DNA from: Planctomycetota bacterium
Lineage (GTDB): Bacteria; Planctomycetota; UBA8108; SXIK01
DNA: 64,000 nt
Reading direction: 5' to 3'
Assembly (NCBI GenBank): GCA_965223265.1
Contig: OZ244999.1
Coordinates: 6,976,001 to 7,040,000 of the forward strand
The translations under genes and the position numbers were made by a program. The notes beneath the pieces were generated by a model. It worked only from the letters and a program-made list of their open reading frames with translations, was not told the DNA's origin and did no database searches. This document shows, in pieces, positions 28,758 through 37,865 of this stretch. Every line of letters starts with the position of its first letter. The stretch's first letter is position 1.

Positions 28758-30083
28758 TCAGCCGCACTCGGGGAACGATGCGCAATCGAGATCGTCATCC
28801 GTTGGATCCTCCGCGCACGCCTCGAATGGCGGCTGAGGAGCCACGCCGCTGGCGAAGAGGTGGTTCAAGAGCATGACCGGGTCGGCGAGGTCAAGGCGCC
28901 CGCTGTCGTCGGTGTCGGCGGCATCGAGGCAGACGATCGTCGGGCGCCCCCGAAACAGCTCGTCGAGAACAACAATCGCGTCGCTGACGTTGCGTAGACC
29001 ATCCTCATTCAGGTCACCGCGCCTGAGAAGAACGCTCGGCACGGTGAGCGCCTCGAGGTCGAGCATCCAAACCTCGTTGTAGTGCTCTGAATCTGCGCAC
29101 TCACCGAACGCCATCCAAAAACGGTTTCGCTCTGGATCCATGACCACAGTGTGCCGAAACCGCGGCGCTGGCAGAATGCTCGGGTCGGGGTCTATGCGTC
29201 TCCAACTAAGGTCTTCGAATGCCAGCATCCAAACGTCGTTTAGGTAGGAGTCATCCGTGAGACCGCCGACCACGACCATGCCACTGCCGTCTGCGAGCGT
29301 CCCGCCTGAGGCGAATTGACGCGCACTCGGACCAGGGGTCGAGGGCGTCAGCTCCGACCACTCTCGACTCTCCAGGTCAAGCTCCCAGAGGTCTCCGACG
29401 TTGGCCGCACTGTCATCGTCGTCGATCCGGCGATAGCCACCAAATAGGATCATCCGCCCAGCGGCGACATCGAGAGCGACGACGTGCCCATAGCGCTGCC
29501 CAGGAGGAGAGCGCTCAGCCACACGACTCCAAACGCCCGACGCTAAGTCGTACGACCAAGTATCCTCCAAGTCGGGCATCATATCGCCGTTCAAACCACC
29601 GTAGATGATCATCTCGCCCCGCGCGTCACAGACGAGACTCGAATGCAAACAGCGCGGCGCCGGACTGTCGGCTGGCGTCGCATCGCTCCACGCTCCACTA
29701 GCGGCGTCCCAGGTCCAGAGCTCGTTCGAACGCGGAAAGCCACCGAAGAGAAGCGCCCTCCCGCGCGCTGCGTCGCCGACGAGCGTGTGGTGGCAGCGCG
29801 CCGGAGCACCGGCCTCCGTTCGCTCAGTCCACTTGCGCGTGTCGACATCGAAGTACCACACGTCGGGAAGGAAACGACGTTCGGCCGTCTCGCCGCCTTG
29901 AAAAACGAGCCGGCGCGCATCGGCGTCATAGGTCCCAGCGACGCCGCGCCGTGGCGTCGGCGCGATCCCAGACTGAGAGACAATCGCCCACCGAATGCCG
30001 TCCTGAGCTTGCTGCGGCTGCTGCGACACCAACACGATCATCAAAACGCGATAGAAGCAGACCCCATGGTCGCGTAGCAACAT
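28758..30083 (-). CDS. Kelch-repeat beta-propeller protein with C-terminal dockerin-like domain
   Basis: Repeated PxxRxxH...LFGG...DxW units; RRGDLNEDG...CLDAADTDDSG tail. Confidence 0.88.
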   Translation of the reverse strand: MLLRDHGVCFYRVLMIVLVSQQPQQAQDGIRWAIVSQSGIAPTPRRGVAGTYDADARRLVFQGGETAERRFLPDVWYFDVDTRKWTERTEAGAPARCHHTLVGDAARGRALLFGGFPRSNELWTWDAASGAWSDATPADSPAPRCLHSSLVCDARGEMIIYGGLNGDMMPDLEDTWSYDLASGVWSRVAERSPPGQRYGHVVALDVAAGRMILFGGYRRIDDDDSAANVGDLWELDLESREWSELTPSTPGPSARQFASGGTLADGSGMVVVGGLTDDSYLNDVWMLAFEDLSWRRIDPDPSILPAPRFRHTVVMDPERNRFWMAFGECADSEHYNEVWMLDLEALTVPSVLLRRGDLNEDGLRNVSDAIVVLDELFRGRPTIVCLDAADTDDSGRLDLADPVMLLNHLFASGVAPQPPFEACAEDPTDDDLDCASFPECG

Positions 30084-30179
30084 CTCGACTCCTCCCCGCC
30101 TCAGTAGTGACTCTCTTTGCTGTTCAGCGATGCGAAAACACACGGTCATATACCGCGACGGCCGAAGTCGTTTCAAGCT

Positions 30180-33100
30180 CTATCGGTTGTAGTAAACACG
30201 ATTCGGCCGATCGTAGTTCGCGACGAAGAAGTCCAAGTCACCGTCAGCGTCCAAGTCGCCAACACCCACTGCAAAGGAAAAATTGGCACCGAGCGCCTGG
30301 CCACTATCGCTAAAAACACCGGCGCCGTTGTTCCACCAGACGCGATTCGGATGAGAGTAGTTGGCCGTGACGATGTCGAGGTCTCCGTCACCGTCAACGT
30401 CGGCCAGCGGCGCGTGCGTCGTGCTGTTACTTCCGAGCGACTGTCCGCTGTCAGTAAAAGCGCCCGCTCCATCGTTCCACCAGATACGATTCCCCTGCGG
30501 ATAGTTGCCGCAGACAAGATCGAGGTCGCCGTCACGATCAACGTCACCGAAGACAACAGACCGTGTGTTGTTCATCCCGAGAAGCTGACCGCTGTCGGAG
30601 AACGTTCCGCTGCTGTCGTTGACGTAGATTCGATTCGGCGTTCCGTTGTTGGCTACGACGAGATCGATGTCACCGTCAAGATCGATGTCACCGAACGCCA
30701 AGCCGAACGTTTGGTCAACGCCAAGATCTTGTGACGAAGTAAACGTGCCTGTGCCATCGTTACGGTAGATTGCGCTAGGTTGGCTCTGGTTCGTGACTGC
30801 GAAGTCAAGGTCGCCATCGCGATCTATGTCGCCAAGACGAATTGCTGTCGACCATCGCGAGCCGATGGCCTGTCCGCTGTCGGCAAGCACTCCACCACCG
30901 ACGTTGACAAACAGTTTGTTCGCCCCGCCGGAGTAGTTAGCGACGACGACGTCGAGGTCGCCATCTCCATCGACGTCGCCCATTGAGGCGCCGTACGAGC
31001 GACCCGCGCCGAGAGCCAACCCGGTGTCGGTGAAAACACCTTCGCCATCGTTGCGCCAGACCCGATTTGGCTGGTAGCTGTCGTTGGCAACGAATACGTC
31101 GAGGTCGCCGTCCTGATCCAGGTCTCCCAGTTCAACGGCGTGGCCCCGATTGTTCGCGAGCGCCTGCCCACTGTCGACGTAGGTCGCGGTACCCCATGTG
31201 CCGCTCAGCGAGCCGTAGTAGACACGGCCAGATGCACCGTAGTCGACGACGACTGCGTCGAGGTCGCCGTCTCCATCGATGTCGCCTAGCGCCATGTCAC
31301 GCGCTGGGTCGGACGTGAGGGCGTGTCGCATACACATGAACACGCCGCTGGCGTCGTTCCACCCGACAGTGAAACCGCCCCCATCGCTAACGCTGACGAA
31401 ATCGAAATCGCCGTCGCTATCGAGGTCCGCCGCTCCGATCGCAACCGATGCCGTCGACCCAAAACTCTGACCGCTATTTGCAAAATTGCCCGATCCGTCG
31501 TTTAGCCAGACGGTGTCACTCTCGCCGTCGTTTGCGAAAATCAGATCCAAATCGCTATCGCGATCCAGATCGGCAGCGACGACCCCGGATGTGGAGGCGG
31601 TACCCAGCGCTTGGCCGCTGTCCGTGTACGCGCCGAGTCCGTCGTTCCACCAGATGCGGTTAGCCCCGTCCGCGTTTGCAACGATGAGGTCGAGATGGCC
31701 GTCACGGTCGAGATCGGTGAGCGTCGCTGCTTGCGACGCAGCCGAGCCCAATCGCTGCGCACTGTCGATGAAGACGCCGTCGCCCCGATTGTTCCAAACG
31801 GTATTCCCCGTGTCGAAGTTGAGGACAACGACGTCCGCGTCGCCATCACCGTCGATGTCGCCAAGGATGACGCCGCGAGCAGCATCGCTGCCGAGCGTCT
31901 GACCGCTATCCGCATAAGCTCCACCACCATCATTGACCCAAACGCGGCTGCCTCCGGTGTCGTTCGCGACGACCGCGTCGAGGTCGCCGTCGGCGTCAAC
32001 GTCCCCAAGCACAACATCGTGAGACGGTCGGTCTCCTAAGGACTGTCCGCTATCGAAGAAACTCCCGTCCCCCGCGTTCAACCAGACGGTGTTGCCCTCG
32101 TTCTCGTGGGCGACCCAGAGGTCGAGATCACCGTCGGCGTCGACGTCGCCGAGAGCGGCCGCAAGGGCGCGTCCAGACCCAAGACCAGCATCGGCGTCGA
32201 CGAAGCTAGGCTGCAAGTCGATTCCACCACCTGGGGCTGCGTCAACACCGCCAGGGCGTTCGATGGCGTCAACGACCACAGTTGCGCTGACGTCGACGCC
32301 AGACGGATCGTTCGTCTGCGTCGCGAGACTATCGAACGTCTGGCGCGTCTTGAGCGCCGGCGTACTTCCGAGCGTGACGGTAATCTCATCGGTTCCAGGC
32401 CCTTCCATCACGGTAGCGCCGACACCGAACGAATCGTCCGGCACTGGGAGCTCGAGGGTGGTGGTGGCGTCTGATTCGTTGACCAGCACGTCGTAGCTGA
32501 ACGGTATCACCAAGGCGTCTCCGACGTCGGCGATGCCATTGCGAGTCCGGTCTTCATAGCGAGCGACGTCGATGGCGAGAGGCACACCATCGTCGTCGGC
32601 GATCGTGACGACGTGGGTCGACGGCGCACCGATTTGGCCGGCACCCGCGATGTCCGCAAGCTCAAGAGATAGGAGCTCGTCGTACTCAGCAGTGGAGTCT
32701 GAAAGCACCGAAAGCGTAGCGAACTGCGCGGCTCCGTTCCTGGAACCCGCCGGGAACACCACCGGTGTCGAAGCGGGCACGAAATCCGATCCAGCGCTGG
32801 CCGAGTCATCGAGTGTCGTGACGTCGATCGCCAAGTCGTTCGCGAGAATCGCGTCCGGAGGCGACAACGAGAGCAGCAGCGTAACGTCGTGATCACCCGC
32901 AACGTCTTCCGCCGGTGTCATGCCGCTGGCGTGTTCGAACGATACACTTGCCGTGTCGTCGTCGGTAATTTCAAGCGAGTGCTGCAAAATCGCACCGATC
33001 GTTGCGTTCGACGACACGCTTGAAATCGTCAACTGTGCTGACTCTGGTCCCTCGACGAGGACGTCGTCGACAACGGGAACGTCGATCGTCAGGGTCGTTC

Positions 33101-33401
33101 CATCGACAGCCCCAGGTGGAAAGACAACAAGCGCCGGAAGCGCGGAGAAGTCGACGCCTTCGACCGCGGCGCCCGAAATCGAGAGCTCGACCTCGACGTC
33201 TTGCGCGATCGAACCAGAACCGACGATGGAGAGCGTCAAGTCGACGCTGTGAGATATCGACGCTTCGTCTGCCGTCTGGCTCGTGGCAGCAGCGAACGAA
33301 ACCTCCACGTCTTCCGGTGGCAGAGCGCGAGACGAACTGCCCTTTGAGCACCCGACAAATAGACACGTGAGCACCACGCCACACCAACGATTGAGACGCA
33401 T
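30180..33401 (-). CDS. Large surface lipoprotein with Calx-beta and FG-GAP/VCBS repeats
   Basis: Lipobox-like FVGC; Calx-beta motifs (GVDF, DDVLVEGPE, ITDDD); many GDxDxDGDLDxVVAN repeats. Confidence 0.9.
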   Translation of the reverse strand: MRLNRWCGVVLTCLFVGCSKGSSSRALPPEDVEVSFAAATSQTADEASISHSVDLTLSIVGSGSIAQDVEVELSISGAAVEGVDFSALPALVVFPPGAVDGTTLTIDVPVVDDVLVEGPESAQLTISSVSSNATIGAILQHSLEITDDDTASVSFEHASGMTPAEDVAGDHDVTLLLSLSPPDAILANDLAIDVTTLDDSASAGSDFVPASTPVVFPAGSRNGAAQFATLSVLSDSTAEYDELLSLELADIAGAGQIGAPSTHVVTIADDDGVPLAIDVARYEDRTRNGIADVGDALVIPFSYDVLVNESDATTTLELPVPDDSFGVGATVMEGPGTDEITVTLGSTPALKTRQTFDSLATQTNDPSGVDVSATVVVDAIERPGGVDAAPGGGIDLQPSFVDADAGLGSGRALAAALGDVDADGDLDLWVAHENEGNTVWLNAGDGSFFDSGQSLGDRPSHDVVLGDVDADGDLDAVVANDTGGSRVWVNDGGGAYADSGQTLGSDAARGVILGDIDGDGDADVVVLNFDTGNTVWNNRGDGVFIDSAQRLGSAASQAATLTDLDRDGHLDLIVANADGANRIWWNDGLGAYTDSGQALGTASTSGVVAADLDRDSDLDLIFANDGESDTVWLNDGSGNFANSGQSFGSTASVAIGAADLDSDGDFDFVSVSDGGGFTVGWNDASGVFMCMRHALTSDPARDMALGDIDGDGDLDAVVVDYGASGRVYYGSLSGTWGTATYVDSGQALANNRGHAVELGDLDQDGDLDVFVANDSYQPNRVWRNDGEGVFTDTGLALGAGRSYGASMGDVDGDGDLDVVVANYSGGANKLFVNVGGGVLADSGQAIGSRWSTAIRLGDIDRDGDLDFAVTNQSQPSAIYRNDGTGTFTSSQDLGVDQTFGLAFGDIDLDGDIDLVVANNGTPNRIYVNDSSGTFSDSGQLLGMNNTRSVVFGDVDRDGDLDLVCGNYPQGNRIWWNDGAGAFTDSGQSLGSNSTTHAPLADVDGDGDLDIVTANYSHPNRVWWNNGAGVFSDSGQALGANFSFAVGVGDLDADGDLDFFVANYDRPNRVYYNR

Positions 33402-33768
33402 TCTCTCCTCCACTCCTTCGACCGTTGCCTTCTCGCCTCGCAATCTCTCCGGGCCCCAAGGGCGATCGTCGCCGTCAGAGTCAGGCGAAGTCCCCGGCGG
33501 GAGATTGTCCAATGAACGAATCACACAACGAGATGAGAGAGGACCACTGCGCTCCGCCGCCGAGTGGCCGCATTCTCGACAATACCGGCAACGGTCGTGT
33601 TGAGCCGGAGCGAGTCGAACGCGTCTGACCAACGGCGGTCAATCCGACAATCGTCGTCGTTCAGTCGCTCGACGACATCGGAGCTCGGCGTCAAGCGTTG
33701 GTTTTTCGGACGCCGACTCATCCGGCCGCAGCCTCCGGATAAGTTTTCGCTTGGTCTCGAAATACGGA

Positions 33769-36603
33769 TTATCGCGATGGCGCCAACAGCTGTTGAAGGC
33801 GTGGAGCGACACGATCTCCCAGCTTCGGATCGAGCTCAACCGCGCGCTGGTAGTGAGTCGCAGCGCCGCGAAGATCTGTGAGCTCAAACAAAGCGTCACC
33901 AAGTTCCGCGTGCGCTTCAGCATTTCGAGGCGCCTGCTGCACGGCGGCTTCAAGGTCATGAAGAGCCGCTCGCAAGAGCGCAACGTCCCGCTTGGCGGCG
34001 GCACGCATGCGCCGCACCGCGCCACGCCAAATCCGACTCGAAACGCGCTGCGAGTCGATCTCTAAGGCCCGCGTAAAGTCGCTCTCGGCGGCCTCCAGCA
34101 GCGTCGTGTCATCTCCCGCCCAGCGCGAACGAGCCCATCGGATGCGTCCGAATTCCTCATGCGCAGCAGTCGTCTCTCTGTGCTGCTGGATCGCCACGGT
34201 CAAGTCACGCTCGGCCTCCCGCCAGTGGACTCTCGGGTCACCGTCGCCGGCTGCGACCACTTCGGCGAGACGTCCACTTGTCCGGGCACGGTCAAGGAGC
34301 AGGTCGACAGCATTGGGACGCTGTATGAGAAGATCGGAGAGCTCGTTCCTTGCAAGCTCAAGCGCAGTTCCCGGATCCGTGCCGTCCCAGAGAGCCAGAT
34401 TCAGGCGGCTGTGCACGCCGACGATGCCCGCGGCGTGCGCGCTCGGATCGACGCGCTGCAGATGCTGGGCAGCCAACAGAGCGCTCGACGCCTCGGCACG
34501 CGCGGCCTCGAGACGTCCACGATCCGAAAGCCAGTGCGCCCGCGTACATCTCAGTGTCGCGAGCCGCTGCAGAGCAAAGCGATACTCGCTGTGCGCGAGT
34601 GCGCGTTCGAAGGCTTCGTGCGCTCGCTCGTAAAACGCCCATGGATCTTCACCACGCATCGCGGCTTCAGCGCCCGTGTTTCCCCAAAGGCAGGCTGCAG
34701 GCAACCAAACCTGATCGTTCTCCGGATCGATGGTAAAGATACGTTCTACGGCAGCAAGTCCGGCTTCACGGTCGGCGCCGCCGCTGTTCACGCGAGCGAT
34801 AGCGATGCCCAGCAGCGGGCGCACGTCGCTGCGGCGGATCTCCGCCCCACGCTCGAATACGCGGCAGGCACCGTCAAGATCTCGCGCGAGTAGGAGTGCA
34901 ACGCCTTGAATCTGCAGCACGTCCGCACGCTCAGGTCTGGAGATTGTCGATGAACTCAAAGCAGCCTCACAGGCCGCCGAACACTCGTCGATACGAAATT
35001 CTGCTAGCAACGAAAACGCCCGCACGAATTCTTCGCGCCAGCGCGGTAGTGAGACGCCGCGGTTTCGGGCTTCAAGGAGATCGGAGTTGACACTCGTCGC
35101 CGCCGATTGCTGTCGCTGTCGCCACGATGCAACCGTTTCGGCATCGAGCACGAACGGCGCGTGGAGGTACGGCTCAATAGTCGCAAAGGCGCGCATCAGA
35201 AAGTGCTCACCTCGAGTTCGGTCTGCAAGTCTATGGATGGCGTCGTCGAGGCAATCGATCGCGCGCTGAGATCTTCCGAGTCGACTCTCGATCTGTGCCT
35301 CTGAAAGCAAGATTTCGTCGGCCGCAGGGTTCTCATCGCGTAAGGCCTTCACCCTAGCAAGCGTCTCGCGAAGGACGTCACGCTCTGGGGCGACGGGAGC
35401 ACTCGGTGCTAGTAGGGACTGCTCGTAGCGAGCCAGAGCGGCTTCCGTCTGCTTCGCCGCCGAGCGTTCGACGCTCCGCACGCCGGAAAGACGCCACCAC
35501 CAGGCACCAGCGAAAACTAGCCCGAACATCGCTAGGACGCAGGCAACCTTGGCAGCCATGACGAGACGGCTCCGTGAAGCCCTAAGCCTCGGACGCCAGA
35601 GCCGAGCTTTCACCCGTCGCCCGTGGCACCAACGCCCGAGTTCGTCGGCGAAGTCCCTTGCAGTCGGATATCGCGCTTCGGCGTCAAAATCCATCGCTCT
35701 CAGAGCTGCCGCCTCAAGCTGGGGATCGACTCCAGCGGCGTAACGGGACGGTAGGTTTGGCGTCCCCGCGAGAATCGCGCTGAGTACTTGAGCCGGCTGC
35801 TCGCCGACAAACGGCGGTCGACCAGCGAGGTGTTCGTACAACAGGACCCCAAGAGCGTAAACGTCGAGCTGAGGGCTAATCTTTTCACCACGTAGATGCT
35901 CGGGTGCCATGTAGTGCAGTGTCCCGGCGACCCTCCCCTCTCGCGTCGCACTCATCGTTTGCCCCGAGATCTGCGCGACCCCGAAGTCAACGAGCCGCGG
36001 CGCTCCGGAGGCATCGAGCAAGATGTTTTCAGGCTTCACATCTCGGTGGACGATGCCGGCGACGTGAGCCTGGTGTAGTCCCAGCGCCACCTCCTGCAGG
36101 ACCGCCACGAATGCTGGCGTCGTCAATCGAGCACGGCGCAGTGTCGCCCCGTCAAGAAACTCCATCGCTATATAGAGTCGTCCGGCAGCGACGCCAACCT
36201 CATACACCTCCACAAGCGCTGCGTGTCGGATGAGTGCTGCCGCGCGGGCCTCGCGGAAAAAGCGCGCGTCGCGTCGTGGATCCGTCTGCGCATCCTTGAG
36301 GACCTTCAAAGCCACACGGCGGCCGGAAGCCCGCTCGAAAGCCAAGAACACGACTCCCGTACCTCCTCGTCCGAGCTCGCGCTCGATGAGATAGTCACCG
36401 AGCGTACTCCCGATGGTGGGAAACGGCACCGCCGTCGACGTCAACACCGAAGACGCATGGCACGACGGGCAAGCACGACGGAGAAACGGTGGCTCCGAGT
36501 CGATTTCAAAAGCGTGACCGCAGCGGGCGCAGCAGACCTCCGCTCGCCCGGCGTCGTAGACGATCTGTCGCAGGTACTCGAAATCCATCTCAGACACCGC
36601 CAT
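33769..36603 (-). CDS. Serine/threonine protein kinase with N-terminal zinc ribbon, TM helix and TPR repeats
   Basis: LGRGGTGVV, VALKVL, HRDVKPEN, DFG and YMAPE; CxxC...CPSC; TPR-like C-terminus. Confidence 0.92.
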   Translation of the reverse strand: MAVSEMDFEYLRQIVYDAGRAEVCCARCGHAFEIDSEPPFLRRACPSCHASSVLTSTAVPFPTIGSTLGDYLIERELGRGGTGVVFLAFERASGRRVALKVLKDAQTDPRRDARFFREARAAALIRHAALVEVYEVGVAAGRLYIAMEFLDGATLRRARLTTPAFVAVLQEVALGLHQAHVAGIVHRDVKPENILLDASGAPRLVDFGVAQISGQTMSATREGRVAGTLHYMAPEHLRGEKISPQLDVYALGVLLYEHLAGRPPFVGEQPAQVLSAILAGTPNLPSRYAAGVDPQLEAAALRAMDFDAEARYPTARDFADELGRWCHGRRVKARLWRPRLRASRSRLVMAAKVACVLAMFGLVFAGAWWWRLSGVRSVERSAAKQTEAALARYEQSLLAPSAPVAPERDVLRETLARVKALRDENPAADEILLSEAQIESRLGRSQRAIDCLDDAIHRLADRTRGEHFLMRAFATIEPYLHAPFVLDAETVASWRQRQQSAATSVNSDLLEARNRGVSLPRWREEFVRAFSLLAEFRIDECSAACEAALSSSTISRPERADVLQIQGVALLLARDLDGACRVFERGAEIRRSDVRPLLGIAIARVNSGGADREAGLAAVERIFTIDPENDQVWLPAACLWGNTGAEAAMRGEDPWAFYERAHEAFERALAHSEYRFALQRLATLRCTRAHWLSDRGRLEAARAEASSALLAAQHLQRVDPSAHAAGIVGVHSRLNLALWDGTDPGTALELARNELSDLLIQRPNAVDLLLDRARTSGRLAEVVAAGDGDPRVHWREAERDLTVAIQQHRETTAAHEEFGRIRWARSRWAGDDTTLLEAAESDFTRALEIDSQRVSSRIWRGAVRRMRAAAKRDVALLRAALHDLEAAVQQAPRNAEAHAELGDALFELTDLRGAATHYQRAVELDPKLGDRVAPRLQQLLAPSR

Positions 36604-36611
36604 GCGGTCTG

Positions 36612-37343
36612 CTAGCGCGAGAACAGGAAACGAAACTCGGCTTCAGCGTCTTCCTCAGAGTCGTTGTACTCACGGATGTGCGCGAAGACCAGTTTTCGGA
36701 GCGTGCGGCGCGCGTAGTCGAGCTCCGACTTGACGCGGCGTGTAGAAACTCCGTGGCGCTCGGCAAACTGCGCGTAACTCGGACGGCCCTGGTTCTCTGG
36801 ATCCAAATCGATCGCGCGAAAAAGCTCGAACGCCAGTGCTCGATCCATCGCCAGGAGCGTCTCGCGGAGCGATGCTGTCGCGCAGTCGAGAACGGCACGC
36901 GCCCACTCGAGGTCGAACATCTCCTCGGCACTTCTCTGTGTCGCCTCGATCGGCACTTCGGATTGCTCGAGCGAGAATAGAGAATTGCCGCCGCCGCGCT
37001 TGAGCGTCGCCTCGCGTTTTCGCACGTCAGCGAGGTGATGGCGGAGACACGCTTTGACGTAGGCTCGAAACCGTCCCTTTTCTGGATCGACGGAGCGCAA
37101 GAAATCTGTCTCGAGCAGACGCAGAAAAAAAGCCTGCGTCAGGTCCCTCGCCTCGTCGTCCCGGCGCACGCCCCAGCGGCGGCGGATGTATCGATAAACT
37201 GGCTGCCAATATTTCCGAAAAAGCCGATCGAGTGGCTCGCGCTTCTCGTCTGCGTCCCGCGCCGCCAAGATCGTCGCCCAACTCGTCTCTGGAAACGTAC
37301 TAGGACCCTCGAAGGCGTTCGATTGTTTCGCGGCGGAAGGCAT
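36612..37343 (-). CDS. ECF sigma-70 factor (Ser/Thr-kinase-associated PVC type)
   Basis: FPETSW, YWQPVYRYIRR, DLTQAFF, KGRFRAY and KRGG; adjacent to the kinase. Confidence 0.9.
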   Translation of the reverse strand: MPSAAKQSNAFEGPSTFPETSWATILAARDADEKREPLDRLFRKYWQPVYRYIRRRWGVRRDDEARDLTQAFFLRLLETDFLRSVDPEKGRFRAYVKACLRHHLADVRKREATLKRGGGNSLFSLEQSEVPIEATQRSAEEMFDLEWARAVLDCATASLRETLLAMDRALAFELFRAIDLDPENQGRPSYAQFAERHGVSTRRVKSELDYARRTLRKLVFAHIREYNDSEEDAEAEFRFLFSR

Positions 37344-37663
37344 CGACCTTCTCTCATCTCTACTGCGGGAAACAAGCTCGGCAGTTCGTCCGAATCAGCG
37401 CGCCCGAGCGAGTCTCGAATCCTTCGGGCTCGTCACGTCGATCGCCGTCAACACCAGAGTCTTGATCGACTCTCGCGTGTCGGTGCCAGTGAAACACACG
37501 CAACGATTCGAACCAGGCACGAACGACACCAAGCGGCCTGCAATGACCAGAAGACAATTTAGCGTTTAACAACAAGCGCGTAAAGAGGCGGAGCCCTCGA
37601 GCTTATCTCCCGGAGCGACGGTTCTTTCAGGAGCGCTTAGGAAAGCCATGCACGGAGGTTCAG

Positions 37664-37786
37664 ATGCGCCGCATCACCGTTGGTCTCATCGTCTTGATCG
37701 CCTTAACAGTCGCCCTCAGCCGCTGCAGCGACAGCAGCAGCTCCGTTCCGGCAGGGTCCGTGAGCGTCAGCGGCGCGAACGTGTAA
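37664..37786 (+). CDS. Putative 40-aa small lipoprotein (absent from the ORF track)
   Basis: GGAGG RBS; MRRITVGLIVLIALTVALSRCSDSSSSVPAGSVSVSGANV. Confidence 0.5.
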   Translation: MRRITVGLIVLIALTVALSRCSDSSSSVPAGSVSVSGANV

Positions 37787-37865
37787 TGCGGAGAGTGTCG
37801 TCGTAGTTTGAAACGACGGGGTCCGAACCACCACACATCGAAGAGTTGTGAGGAGAGAATCCAGA

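Noticed and set aside
36550-36603. Kinase N-terminus (DFEYLRQIVY) resembling a CheR N-terminal helix
   Set aside because: Only about 12 residues of similarity and no other chemotaxis features
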